Position numbers and translations under genes: made by a program. A stretch of 64,000 bases of DNA from Macrostomum lignano (lineage: Eukaryota). Within the stretch, counting starts at the first letter, position 1. Each line of letters opens with the position of its first letter. Of this stretch, positions 48,279 through 60,500 are shown piece by piece. The stretch lies in assembly GCA_002269645.1 (NCBI GenBank), contig NIVC01002313.1, positions 120,753-184,752 on the forward strand. The letters run 5' to 3'. The notes beneath the pieces are model-generated. The model made no database searches, was not told where the DNA came from, and saw only the letters and a program-made list of their open reading frames with translations.

Positions 48279-48352
48279 ATGTGGAGTGGACTGGAATTTG
48301 AGTTAATAGATGTGGAGTGGACTGGAATTTGAGTTAATAGATGTGGAGTGGA
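48279..48352. repeat. 31-bp tandem repeat, about 2.4 copies
   Basis: GATGTGGAGTGGACTGGAATTTGAGTTAATA is repeated. Confidence 0.8.
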
Positions 48353-48579
48353 CAGGAGATCGAATGACTTGATAATTTTCTTATACATCGATCGTTCCGA
48401 AAACGTATAATGTCTGATAGCCAAACGAAGAAGCAGAAGTCAATTGGATATTAACCATCGAAATTGGGCGCATTAATCAAAATTCAAACTTCCTGAATGA
48501 ATCGTTGAATATCACGACTATCGTGTTCAGTGCGGAAAATGGTTTATTAGAGTTCCTATCTGATGCATAGTCCTACAAA

Positions 48580-48890
48580 GGGATGTAGCCTAATGGTTAG
48601 AGCGTCCGACTCACGACTTGAAGGTCGGGGTTCGATTCTCGATCCCACTCGGAACAATTTGTGTCCTTGAGCAAGACACTTAACTCTGCATTGCTTCAGT
48701 TCACCCAGCTGTAAAATGGGTGGCAGCATTAGCATGGGGTAATTGAGGGTGTGTGTGGCGAGCCCGGTCCTTGGACTGAACAGCCGTACACAGCCTTCAG
48801 ATGCGCCGCGCAATAGCTCCGGCTGAGCTGCATCTGGCCTAATTGAGGCAGATGTAATCTATTATTGTTATTATTATTACTATTATATTA
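48580..48890 (+). mobile_element. tRNA-derived SINE with a CORE-like domain, copy 2
   Basis: Colinear with 45089-45410: same head, core, body (CAGATGCGCCGCGCAATAGC) and ATT tail. Confidence 0.85.
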
Positions 48891-49499
48891 TATTCTGACA
48901 TGTAATTCTGCAAAGGATGAGGATAAACGCTTTTAGGGTAGGCGCTCTGTAAATATTGTAATTAGAATCGGTGTAAATATTTGAAACCCTCCAACCCAAA
49001 TCCCCTCCCCGTGGAGAGAGATTAGTCGAAGATTGGAACCCGAGACGCGCACCGTACTGACGTTGCGCTCGCGGTTGATGAATAACACTTTATGCCAGTT
49101 ATTCTGAGAGGCAGGTGGAGCCTCGGTCCCTAATCAGGACACTTGGTCACGCTCGTCCGCGTCCAAACTCTCGCCCTCTCCCTAGCGCCAAAGATTTCTA
49201 ATGACAGTTCTATTGACAAGGACTCCGAATACTAAAGTACATATAGTATATGGACTTGTAGGGGCACGAGATCCGAAATCATGATTATAATGCTTTTAAT
49301 GTAGGATTCGCCTGTGAAACTTTTCATTGACGAGAAAAGAGTTTATCTAACGCGACTCAAGGATTTGCCTAATGCCCATTTTGAGTGCCCCGAGCAAGCA
49401 CCCTCGCGCACAAGTTACAGGTCGCTCGTACGTACGCAGGTGCACTCACTTGCACAGACAGGATACACAGCAGACCTAACTTTCTCGTGAGGCTGTGCA

Positions 49500-51300
49500 T
49501 ACACTCTGTGCCTCGACAGCTCTCCCTCATGGGCGTGACTAGCCCATTCCGTGTGCCTCGACAGCTGGCCCTCATGGGCGTGTTAGCCCATTCCGTGCGC
49601 CTCGACAGCTGGCCCTCATGGGCGTGTTAGCCCATTCCGTGTGCCTCGACGGCTCTCGCTCATGGGCGTGACTAGCCCATTCCGTGTGCCTCGACGGCTC
49701 TCGCTCATGGGCGTGACTAGCCCATTCCGTGTGCCTCGACAGCTCTCGGTAATGGGCGTGACTAGCCCATCCGTGTGCCTCGACGGCTGGCCCTCATGGG
49801 CGTGAGTAGCCCATTCCGTGTGTCTTGACAGCTCTCCCTCATGGGCGCGACTAGCCCATTCCGTGTGCCTCGACAGCTGGCCCTCATGGGCGTGTTAGCC
49901 CATTCCGTGTGCCTCGACAGCTGGCCCTCATGGGCGTGACTAGCCCATTCCGTGTGCCTCGACGGCTGGCCCTCATGGGCGTGAGTAGCCCATTCCGTGT
50001 GCCTCGACGGCTCTCGCTCATGGGCGTGACTAGCCCATTCCGTGTGCCTCGACAGCTCTCGGTAATGGGCGTGACTAGCCCATCCGTGTGCCTCGACGGC
50101 TGGCCCTCATGGGCGTGAGTAGCCCATTCCGTGTGTCTCGACAGCTCTCCCTCATGGGCGCGACTAGCCCATTCCGTGTGCCTCGACGGCTCTCCCTCAT
50201 GGGCGTGACTAGCCCATTCCGTGTGCCTCGACGGCTCTCCCTCATGGGCGTGACTAGCCCATTCCGTATACTTCGACGGCTGGCTCTCATGGGCGTGAGT
50301 AGCACATTCCGTGTGCCTCGTCAGCTGGCCCTCATGGGCGTGACTAGCCCATTCCGTGTGCCTCGACGGCTCTCGCTCATGGGCGTGACTAGCCCATTCC
50401 GTGTGCCTCGACAGCTCTCGGTAATGGGCGTGACTAGCCCATTCCGTGTGCCTCGATGGCTCTCGCTCATGGGCGTGACTAGCCCATTCCGTGTGCCTCG
50501 ACGGCTCTCGCTCATGGGCGTGACTAGCCCATTCCGTGTGCCTCGACAGCTCTCGGTAATGGGCGTGACTAGCCCATCCGTGTGCCTCGACGGCTGGCCC
50601 TCATGGGCGTGAGTAGCCCATTCCGTGTGTCTCGACAGCTCTCCCTCATGGGCGCGACTAGCCCATTCCGTGTGCCTCGACGGCTCTCCCTCATGGGCGT
50701 GACTAGCCCATTCCGTGTGCCTCGACGGCTCTCCCTCATGGGCGTGACTAGCCCATTCCGTATACTTCGACGGCTGGCTCTCATGGGCGTGAGTAGCACA
50801 TTCCGTGTGCCTCGTCAGCTGGCCCTCATGGGCGTGACTAGCCCATTCCGTGTGCCTCGACGGCTCTCGCTCATGGGCGTGACTAGCCCATTCCGTGTGC
50901 CTCGACAGCTCTCGGTAATGGGCGTGACTAGCCCATTCCGTGTGCCTCGATGGCTCTCGCTCATGGGCGTGACTAGCCCATTCCGTGTGCCTCGACGGCT
51001 CTCGCTCATGGGCGTGACTAGCCCATTCCGTGTGCCTCGACAGCTCTCGGTAATGGGCGTGACTAGCCCATTACGTGTGCCTCGATGGCTGGCCCTCATG
51101 GGCGTGACTAGCCCATTACGTGTGCCTCGACAGCTCTCCCTCATGGGCGTGATTAGCCCATTCCTTGTGCCTCGACGGCTCTCCCTCATGGGCGTGACTA
51201 GCCCATTCCGTATACTTCGACGGTTGGCCCTCATGGGCGTGACTAGCCCATTCCGTGTGCCTCGACAGCTCTCCCTCATGGGCGTGACTAGCCCATTCTG
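49500..51300. repeat. 45-bp CpG-rich minisatellite (GCCCATTCCGTGTGCCTCGACGGCTCTCGCTCATGGGCGTGACTA), about 40 copies
   Basis: Direct reading; a 494-bp higher-order duplication gives identical ORFs at 50075 and 50569. Confidence 0.95.
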
Positions 51301-52759
51301 TGCTCGATCGAACCTACACGCTCGTAAGCTTAATGTGGTTCTGCGCAGAATTGAACCCACCAGGGACTCAATTCTCAGTTTGCTTTTAATACGAACTAGC
51401 AGCAGTAACTTTTCTTTAAGCTTTTGAAAAGCCTGCTTTTGATCAGAACCTCTAATCTCGAATCTTATCTCAGTCTAGTGATTTGCTTTCCACTCGAAAG
51501 CTCAAATTTTAGCGGCCTTTGAAATAGACGTACATATAGTCCTATAAACGTACCGTTTACAATAAGAAGGGTAGCCTCTGCCCTCTTATCTCTGGGATGT
51601 TCTTAAGGATGCTCGATACGTTGAAAAGCATGAAAACTATTATTACCCTACCTTTTCTGCATGTGAAGCTGACAAAGTTGTAGCGAGGCGGTTGTTACAA
51701 AACAAAACAACTGTTGCAGTCGCATCAGTCAGACGTTTCCCGCGATCTTCTTCGGTTGCTTCTTAAATACGCAGTCCCGACAATTGGACGAAGTGTAACT
51801 CCCGGTGAGAAAGATGCTCTGACAGTGAATGACAAAGCTATAGATAGTTAATGATCGAAAATGTCGAGTCGCTCCTTCCAATTAGCCATTGTGCTCGCTA
51901 CATTCCGTTCTCTTTCTTTGTGTTTGCATTTCGAAGTCGGCAATTTCGTCATTAGTTTGCTCGCCAAGGACACGCACCTATAGCATAGTTACTAAAATCT
52001 AACGATCTATAGATTCGGATGGAACAATGGGTGCATTCGAAATGTTTTCTGTAGACATATGAGACAAATGAATTGGCTTGAAAGTCTAAATCTATAAACG
52101 GGCGAAGTGTGCAACTTTCATCGCTCATCATGCTTACCTACTAGGTTCATTATGCATGTCAAAGCAGTGACATTCAGTAGTTATTTTTCAGAGCAGAACA
52201 TTTAGCCCTATTCACTCGAATCCGTCAGTTTCTTGCCACACTTCTGATGACCTGACTCTCATTCATGGCGCTCTTAAGCCTCATTTTGCATTACTTCGTC
52301 GCTTACCTGCTGTACCTGTTTATAAAGCTCTTATTAACAAGCTGCAACGCTTATACCTCGTATCTTGAGCAATCACGAATCAATCAACTTATCCCGGCCC
52401 CCCAATATCGACTAGCAGATGTGTATTGAATCGGACAAGCAATATGTGAGCAACATTCGCGGCACGCAAGCTTAAGCTTTACAGCAACAGAAACTTTACA
52501 GCATTGCCTTTTTGCCTTCGATGCTTCTTAGTAAATCTGAATAAAGTGATTTGCCCAATCAAAACGTTCCGATAGTAACTACATATCAAATTTCTTCGAT
52601 GCAGGATGGATCCAGTATTTTTTATTGTGGGAGAGGTTTTCATATACTAAAAATGAATTCATTTCTATGTGGGTACATATCGTTGAGCTATGCATGCATA
52701 TGCTATGTCTCCATGTCCCCCTAAAGCAGGGCATCGTCGAGGCAATCAAAGGTCCTAGG

Positions 52760-53130
52760 TTCTGAGTGTCACGAATGGTGATGGTGCCCACAGAGCGACG
52801 GTGGCGTCAGAATCTGTCAGGACGACTTCCAAGATCTCAAACGCCTTCGTCACCCCGGAGAAGCAGCAAATCCCCACATTGGACGAAATCACCGAGGGAA
52901 TGGCCGACGCCAAGCTGTTCAGCTTTCTTTCACATGCCCGTCCACGAGAGCAGCCATCACCTCTTCGCCTTCAGCATGCGACTTGGACTGATGCGACTGC
53001 TGGGTATGCTGGGTATCCTCATCAGCATCGATGGCGTCTGGAGGGTGCACGACGACGTAGTAAGTGTACGCCTACCGACCTGAAGCAGAACCATTAGAGG
53101 CTGGACGCCTGCCTTCAGTGCCCCCGACAG
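52760..53130 (+). mobile_element. Ty3/Gypsy LTR-retrotransposon reverse-transcriptase remnant (frameshifted)
   Basis: Successive frames read MVMVPQSDGGVRICQDDFQDL, QIPTLDEITEGMADAKLFSFL, FHMPVHESSHHLFAFS and IDGVWRVHDDVV. These correspond to the VRxCxDxR, PxIDE...FSxLD, HQIP...TAF and YxDD motifs. Confidence 0.7.
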
Positions 53131-54849
53131 TGTTGTACGCAAACAGACCACTTTGATTGCTTTGGTGCTTTTTTGAACTGAAAGCAGAGTAATAGTGCTT
53201 TTATCTCCTGGGGATCTCTCGGGTTTGGGCAGAATCGTAGGCGCCTACTGCCTAGAGCCCGGTGCAGTAGCTTCTTTGGCAATTATTTATAGTCCTGGTG
53301 TAAATATATGCATTATAAATCCAATGAGCTGCAATGCCGGGGTGTTTAGAGTTAGTACGTCGGGGTGTTTACGCTGCAAAAAATACGAATATAAATATAG
53401 GTACAGGTATATAGGTATAAGTATTGTAACACGATATATATTTCTCGTGCATTAAATGACTCCAGCCAATACGCGATCACGAGCCATTTAAGCACGATTT
53501 TAGTGTTTAATGCACGCTTTAACACATTTATATGGTGTTTCAATCTTAAATTCGCAAAGAGCCTTGTGTAGTTTTAGGCTTAATTCATACTGGTATAAGC
53601 GTCCATAGCTCAGCTTTACTCTCTCTACAGCTATCTAAACCAAAAGTCTGTTTCGTACAGCCGCACCCATAGACACTTGTGGGTTACGCGCACTTTTGCT
53701 ATAGTGTCGCTGCACTTTCAGAAGCATATAGTGCCTTATTCTGGATGTTTGGTATGTAGATATCTATGGCCTAGAACCGAGTGCTTTTGAAAAAGAAGGT
53801 CTTCAATTATGCTGCTCATGTAGTAGTTAGAGTTAGTTGTTGTGGAAAAAGCTCGAATTAACAAATTCTAGGAGCTTGATTGAAAACAATCAGCTGAATT
53901 CGCAATGCAGCAGCCAACGCAGCCAACGCAGCCAATACAGCCAATGCCACTTCGTCCAGAGGGCGAGTATCATCACGGCCTATTTAATTGCTTCGAAGAA
54001 TTCGGCAAGTGCAGTTTCTCTATACTAGTATATTAAGATCACTTACTCCGCTTGACCTTCTCTGGGTGGTCACTAAGCTGTAGCGTGGTTTATACCACCT
54101 GTTCACAAATGCATTCCAGGCACATGCATTATCACCTGGTTTCTACCGTGCTACACTCACGGACAAAATGCCAAAGCGGTGAACCAAAGCTGCCCATTGT
54201 GCGGCATCGGGTTTCTTTTCCTCCCAATCTGCCTCGCTGTCTTCATTCGCACCAAAATTCGCGAGCAGCAAAACATTCGGGCAACATTTGCAAAGACTGT
54301 CTGTCATTTATTTTCTGCCTGCCGTGCTCTCTAGTGCAGGATGCCAGGGAGACGAAGTACTTCGACCCCAACTACCAGGCGATGAAAATGCAAAGGGAAT
54401 AATTAAATGCTCGGAACGATCGTGTTGGATGGCATTGACGAGTCACCAACTGACATTTACAAATCCCTTTGCGTGAAAGCCGCCCGACCCGTAAAAAGGG
54501 TCAGAAGTTTTGTTTTTCTCTGAGACAACTAACTGCTTGTTCAATATTTTTTGGAAATTATTCATCCAGACTTTGTGTTTGGTAGCTTCTTGCACGACTG
54601 CAGTGCTGCCTTATATGGAATAACAAAGGAGAAAATAAAAGACACAAAAATTGTTTTTGCTTTTTATAATCCCGTTTTCTCTTCTATGTAATTTTTTTTT
54701 GCTACGCATCTTTGTTTTACAGTCGCGGCTAAGTTTTTACATGCAGCGTAGGTTGTCAGCGGCCGAGAAAGTGGATCCAAACCTCAGCGAAGGGGGGGGG
54801 AAAGGAGTAAAAGCAGGGAAAGCAAGAGTTAGGTGGATGCAGCGTTCAG

Positions 54850-57330
54850 CTGCAAAGCCATAAAAGAAGTGGAGCTCTGGCGGTGCGACAGCGTCCGATC
54901 TTCAGCCTCCAAGGGCCCGAATGTCCGATTCTGACAAGCCGATTTGATGGCAGAAGCTGGCACCCCCTCGCCGGATGCTGTGGCCGGAGAAACCCGCAGC
55001 TGGAAGGCCGTAGCCAAAGAGCCGCGTCCTTAGTCGATGGCTCGTGGCAGGTGAGACCGCAGGGCGCGCACAGGGCAGAACGGTGACTCTTGGACAGGTG
55101 GCAGAAGAACAACATGCGGCGTCGACCGGAACTGGTTGGCCTTGGACTTTGGGAGGGCCAACTTCCAGCAGCCAGATAAAGCCGGTGGCTTGGTACTGAA
55201 ACGAGACGACGTGGACGTAGGCTCGGAGGCTGGAGAAGGACCGCAAATCAGCAAAAATCTGAATGCGACCAGGCAGGTGAAAGGCCTCCAAACTGATGCT
55301 GTTCCTGATGCACAGCAGAGCCACAATCTGGTACACCTGCAGGAGCCGCGGGTCACGACGGCTCAGCCGATTGATCATGCCAGCCGCTGCGGTGCTGTTG
55401 GTGTAGGTGACAATTTTGCAGTTGTTCAGCTGAGAGCGACGGTGCAGGATTATCAGCAAAGGTGCCAGAGCCTCCTTGAAGTTGATATGAACATCCCTGA
55501 AAACACCACCGCAGTCCAGCTCCCAGTCGATGACACTCCAGAAACTCTCGGCACCCCTGTCAGTCTCCATGGCAAACTCCTCGTCAAAGCGCGGCCACAA
55601 AGCAACTGGGGGGGGGGGAGCCAAGCCAGGCTCTAAGCCACCAGGACAGGTTGGCGCGTGTCTCATTGGTCACCCAAAGCTTGCCATCAACAACAGTTGT
55701 CAGGCAGGCGAAGAGAGGACGCAGGAAGACTCTGACATGAGGGACAATCTGACAGAACCAGCTAAGCTTGCCAATCAACTTCTAAGCAGAACGCGAGTCT
55801 CCGAGTCCCCGAGTCTCCGAGCAGGTCTGAGTCAGCAGCTTCGTCGCCTCGAGAGCCTTCTTCTCGGGCAGCGACTTGGTGCCGGTAGCGGCAAACCATG
55901 TCCTAGTTGATAGTAAAGCCGAGGCGCTGCAAGATATCCAGCAGGCAATTGAAAGCAGCGAAAGCCTCGGACTCGGATTTCCCAGCCCCTGCCCAGTCAT
56001 CCAGGTAGTTCCCCGTAGCAGAAAAGCCAAGCCGGTGCACATGTGCCTGGTAGCAGTGGCTGAAAGACGGTGGAAAACTTTGCAAGCTGCTTTGGCGCCG
56101 AAGGGAAGCCTGGTGTCGCAGAGCAGACTGTCCTGGCTGTCCGAGTCAAACCGCCAGGCGAGGCCTACGAGCCCGTAGTTAGCAAGCCTGATTGGCACGG
56201 ACCGGTAGGCGCTTTTGAGATCAATTTTAGCCATGTAGTGTCCCGTAAGGAGATGACGAACCAGCTGCTGGACGGTGCAGTACTTGATGTGCTTCTGTTG
56301 GTCGTAGCAGTCGTTGACAGACTGGCTGGTCGGATAGGACAGGTCATGGATCAGGCGGACCCGCCCGTCGGACTTGGAACGGCGCCACAGCATACAGAGC
56401 GGTGCAGCAGGGCGGAGGCGTGGTTCTTGGACGAAGTCAAAGGCGGTTGGCCAGAATTTGTGAGACAACGCCCAGCATCAGAAAGTCATGGTCTGTGTGT
56501 CGTCGTTGAGCAGAACACTCCAGGCGTCAGGATGCAGGTCAGACGAGATGAGCAGCAAAGAAGCAATAGCAGAAAATTCGGTATTAAAATCAGGCAATCA
56601 GCTGGGTAAAATGGCATCAGTTGTTTGCACTCGCACCGGTCACGTGACCGACAGCTGTCCGGTGAGTGATGGGTGCAGCGCCTGCGTGTGAGCATGGGCC
56701 GAATGCGATATCGCCAGGCAGCCTTGGATTTCGCAGACGTGGCGGAACTTGCAGTTCTGGCGGGTGCACCCCGACTCGGAGTTGAAGCGCAGACACATCG
56801 GCCTGGTTGCCGCTGGGATTTTCTGCTGGGCTGCTTAGCGAACGTGAACCGCATGTTTCTGGGTGCGTTGACGGGTGACGTTGTACAGCTGAGGGGGGAA
56901 TTTATGTGCTCTGCAGATCAGATGCAACTTGCGAGTCGAGCCTGGCGAGCCTGGCAACTATTAGCGGCCTCCCTCATCCCAGATTCAAGAACCTCGGGAA
57001 ACTGCAGCAGACCGGCATGTGTAGGTGTTTTGCTCACCCGATGATGGCCGAGGCTGAGCCGTCAAGTGCTGCTGAGTGTGAATTGCTTTTGCTGAAGATC
57101 CCGCGATGACAGCCTTCCAGGATTTGAACCTGGGCGCCTCGCCCGCGCTGCCGATGCCGTCCTCGGCGTCCGGAGCAGAAATCATCTCGGAGATTCTTCG
57201 TCAGCTTGCTCTCTAGCCGAGTGCTGCGGCCCGTAGTAGGCAGACCTCGATCTGTTTCGCAGCAGCTCAATCTTGAGTTGGCGCACGTTGAGTCGCTTCG
57301 GGTTGGCACTCATGGCGACGGGTGAGCAAA
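54850..57330 (-). mobile_element. Decayed tyrosine-recombinase retrotransposon (Ngaro/DIRS group): gag-like ORF with SAP-like start and Cys/His finger, RT, RNase H and a YR C-terminal fragment
   Basis: RT: RLIHDLSYP, AKIDLKSAYRSVPI, TRLPFGAKAACKVF, GNYLDDW. RNase H: IGKLSWFCQIVP, HINFKEALAPLL...HLPGRIQIFADLRS. YR: FSGHSIRRGGASF...IRALGGWRSDAV. Gag: CLRFNSESGCTRQNCKFRHVCEIQGC. Multiple frameshifts. Confidence 0.88.
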
Positions 57331-59325
57331 ATGTGAGAAATGGCGCGGAGACTTAATTAGACAGCAGCAGGACGCATGAGACTTAAGACAGCGCACCCCG
57401 GTGCGTCTATGACTAACACACCTTACTCAGAGAGTAACGATTGCAGTAATGCGTATGTATACGCAGGCATACGTATTTGGCATGAAGCTCTGAAGCAGCT
57501 AACAATGCATGTACATGGTTTATATATACTTACGTAACGCTAACCGTAATAATATATATTAAGCTGTGAGAAAGTCGCATTATATCCTTTAGTTTATTTT
57601 CAGACTAAGGATTAATCTTTGTTGCATTTTCCAGATCAACAACAACAGTGAAGGACGTATGACCGTGATTTGAAAGTACATTCACTTGAATGCAATTGTA
57701 CAAATTCACAGGTTTTGAATATTTTCCAAGGACCACTGTTATATAATACAGTGGTCCTTGATATTTTCATGATAGCCCACCTCCATGTAGCCCCATGCTC
57801 TAATACAGATACTAATACAAGGATCAATGCAATTTAAGCCTAGAAAAAAAATCTTTACAGAATTTTGTTTTCATACATGTAATTCCAAACAAATGTCAAC
57901 TGTGTAGACTGCCGGAAGTTGTATATACGAGTAGATTGTTCATAACAAAAGGAAGTAATATTGTATTTATTCAAGGCACCTGATGCGAAAATATTCAAAA
58001 TTATACAAAACCAAAAACATACAACACATGCATATCTAGAAGCCAAAATTTAGATTTTAGGGCCTACGCATATTTGATCATTGAGCTAGGCCGTTGCTTC
58101 CTTTCTTGGAAATATAGATCTAGATTCTACTTTAAAGATTCTCAAGATTCTTCTAAAGATTCTAAAGATCCAGGATCATTCGAAGGCTAGGCTCTAAGAA
58201 ATAAATGATTTTTCTATTTAAATGATGAGGTTTATTTAGATAAAATGTAAATAATTCATGCGCGAAATATGAAATTATTGCTTAAAATGAATGCCAAATG
58301 AGCCTCGAATTCTAGAAGCTTCAAGGTTTTGATATTTATTAGGCTATACGAGTAATGAGTTTTTATAAAAAGTTAAATTATAATTATAAACATGATTATA
58401 ATAATAAGGTGCAGTTTATTTACCTTTGGCTTTATTTTATAGTTTGTTATATTTAGTTTTAAAAAGAATGCAAAAATCAAACTATTCTTTTAAAATTTAA
58501 GTCTTCATTGACCACTACACTAGTCACTAGAGTAGCTTATAGGCTTATGGCTTAGGCCTAGCATTTTTTGGGGTGCTAATCAATTTGACAATGGAGATAA
58601 TGAGAGATTAACTAAGGGCAGATTTGTCAAAAGCCAAATAAGTTTTTCATTATAATTCAATAATTGTAAATTTAAATTTAAAATGATTTAATTGGTATTG
58701 CAGCCTATTTTTTTAGTTTACTATATTAATCAGTATATATTAGAAAAATTTTCCTAATATTTTTAAAATGGCAATCCTACACTTCTGTTCGGTAAATTAT
58801 TTTGACACTGAATTTTAAACAGGCGTGTTAAATAACAATGTAACCAAACAAAACTGAAACAGTGGAACATGGTAGCAGTCTGTTAGAGCGCATAGTCACT
58901 TAGAGTGTGTCTGCAGGTCATTAAAGTGTCTACAATAGATAGTAATGTCCAATCCAGTATAGGATAGCCCCAAATGGACATTGGGGATACAGACAACGCC
59001 AAATTGAAGCTAAAAAAACAAGCAGCCCATAAGCAACAGCTCCCTTAAACTGACACCCCCTTAAACTCTGTTCGCTCAAACTTTTGGCCATAGACACAAT
59101 GCCAATCAACGTCCATACATGCGCAACTGCTGGCCGACCTGGCCGATCCGGCCACCGTAAATCGTGGCTGACCAGGGGTAAGTCGCAAAATTGAGTCAAC
59201 CAAAAACAGAAAAACACAAGAACCAAGAAAGGCAAGAGGAAAGCAAAAGAAAGAGCAGTTCAGGGAAAATGGTGAAGCAAAAGAAAAACAATTCGCAAAA
59301 GAAGCAAACTAAGTTGTAAAAATAA

Positions 59326-59552
59326 TCAGGTAAGTCGCAAAAAGGATTAAGTAAGTCGCAAAAAGGATTAGGTAAGTTGCAAAAAAGATTAAGTAAGTCG
59401 CAAAAAGGATTAGGTAAGTCGCAAAGGATTAGGTACTGGTAAGTCGCAAAAAGGATTAGGTAAGTTGCAAAAAGGATTAAGTAAGTCGCAAAAAGGATTA
59501 AGTAAGTCGCAAAAAGGATTAGGTAAGTCGCAAAAAGGATTAGGTAAGTGGC
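59326..59552. repeat. ~21-22-bp minisatellite (AGGTAAGTCGCAAAAAGGATT)
   Basis: About 10 imperfect copies. Confidence 0.88.
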
Positions 59553-59733
59553 AAAAAGAAGCAACTAAGTCGCAATAAGAAGGAAGTAAGTCACAATCAG
59601 AGGCAATCAGGGGGTAGTAGGTGCAAGTGTGGCAGGAGAGCAAAAACAGAATAGAAGCCTTCAACCATAGACAAGATCTTTGAAATCAGAAGCCCGCGTC
59701 AACAGTTTCCCATTGATTTCTTAAACTCTGGAG

Positions 59734-59790
59734 CAGGGGTTGGCAAACTCCGGCTCGCGAAGCCCCTCTATCTGGCCCTCGCCCCTCGGG
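59734..59790 (+). mobile_element. Unpaired hAT-type terminal sequence
   Basis: CAGGGGTTGGCAAACTCCGGCTCGCGAAGCC resembles recalled hAT/Charlie-type ends. No partner end was found in the window. Confidence 0.4.
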
Positions 59791-59824
59791 TTCTTTGAAA
59801 CTTCTTAACTAGCAAGGTTGGTGT

Positions 59825-60500
59825 CTCTTCAACTCTCATCTCTCTCTTCTTCTCTACCTTGCCTCCCCTCTTCTCTCTCTCCCCCTTTTCCCTCTTCTCT
59901 CTCCTCTCATTTTTACTCTCCTCTCTTCTCCCCCTTTCTCTCTACCCTTTCTCCTCAATGCCCTCTTCTCTCCTCTTATCTTCAGTAAAAATATGTGCAT
60001 ATTTTCTTACTTCAAAGTAGAGGGAATAGAAGATTAGAGATAAGCAAACAGAGGAGAGGTGAGCGATGCGATGGGAGAAAAGATAGAAGAGGAGAGAAAA
60101 GCTGAGGGAGGAAAAAGAGATGAGAGAAGAGGAGATTAGAGGAAAGAGGAAAGAAAAGATGATGGATGAGATCAGAAGAGAGGAAAGAGGAAAGAGGAGA
60201 GAGTAGATGAGAGAAGAGAGGATAAAGAGGAAATGAGAGGAGAGTGAAGAGAGGAGAGATGATAGAGTAGAAAAGAGAGGAGAGATAAGATGAGAGAGTA
60301 GAGTGGAGAGAGACGAAAGGGAAGATAAGATGAGAGAGTAGAGTGGAATGAAGAGAGACGAGAGGAGAGATAAGAATGTAGAGAGGAGACAGAAGAGATA
60401 GGAGAGGAGAGGAAAGAGAGGAGAGAGGAGAGGAAAGAGAGAAGGGATAATGGATGAGAGAGAAAAGAAAAAGAGGATGAGAAGATTGAGGAATGGAGAG
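59825..60500. repeat. Low-complexity CT-rich tract followed by an oppositely oriented GA-rich tract
   Basis: CT-rich at about 59825-59985 and GA-rich at about 60015-60500. Confidence 0.85.

Noticed and set aside
49500-51300. CRISPR array (palindromic repeat) or 174-281-aa ORFs
   Set aside because: No variable spacers, eukaryotic context, and the ORFs are translations of the 45-bp unit.
58930-59235. GPCR TM3-like text (GCQFKGAVAYGLLVFLASIW)
   Set aside because: No DRY-like motif, no further helices and no splice-compatible neighbours; probably chance.
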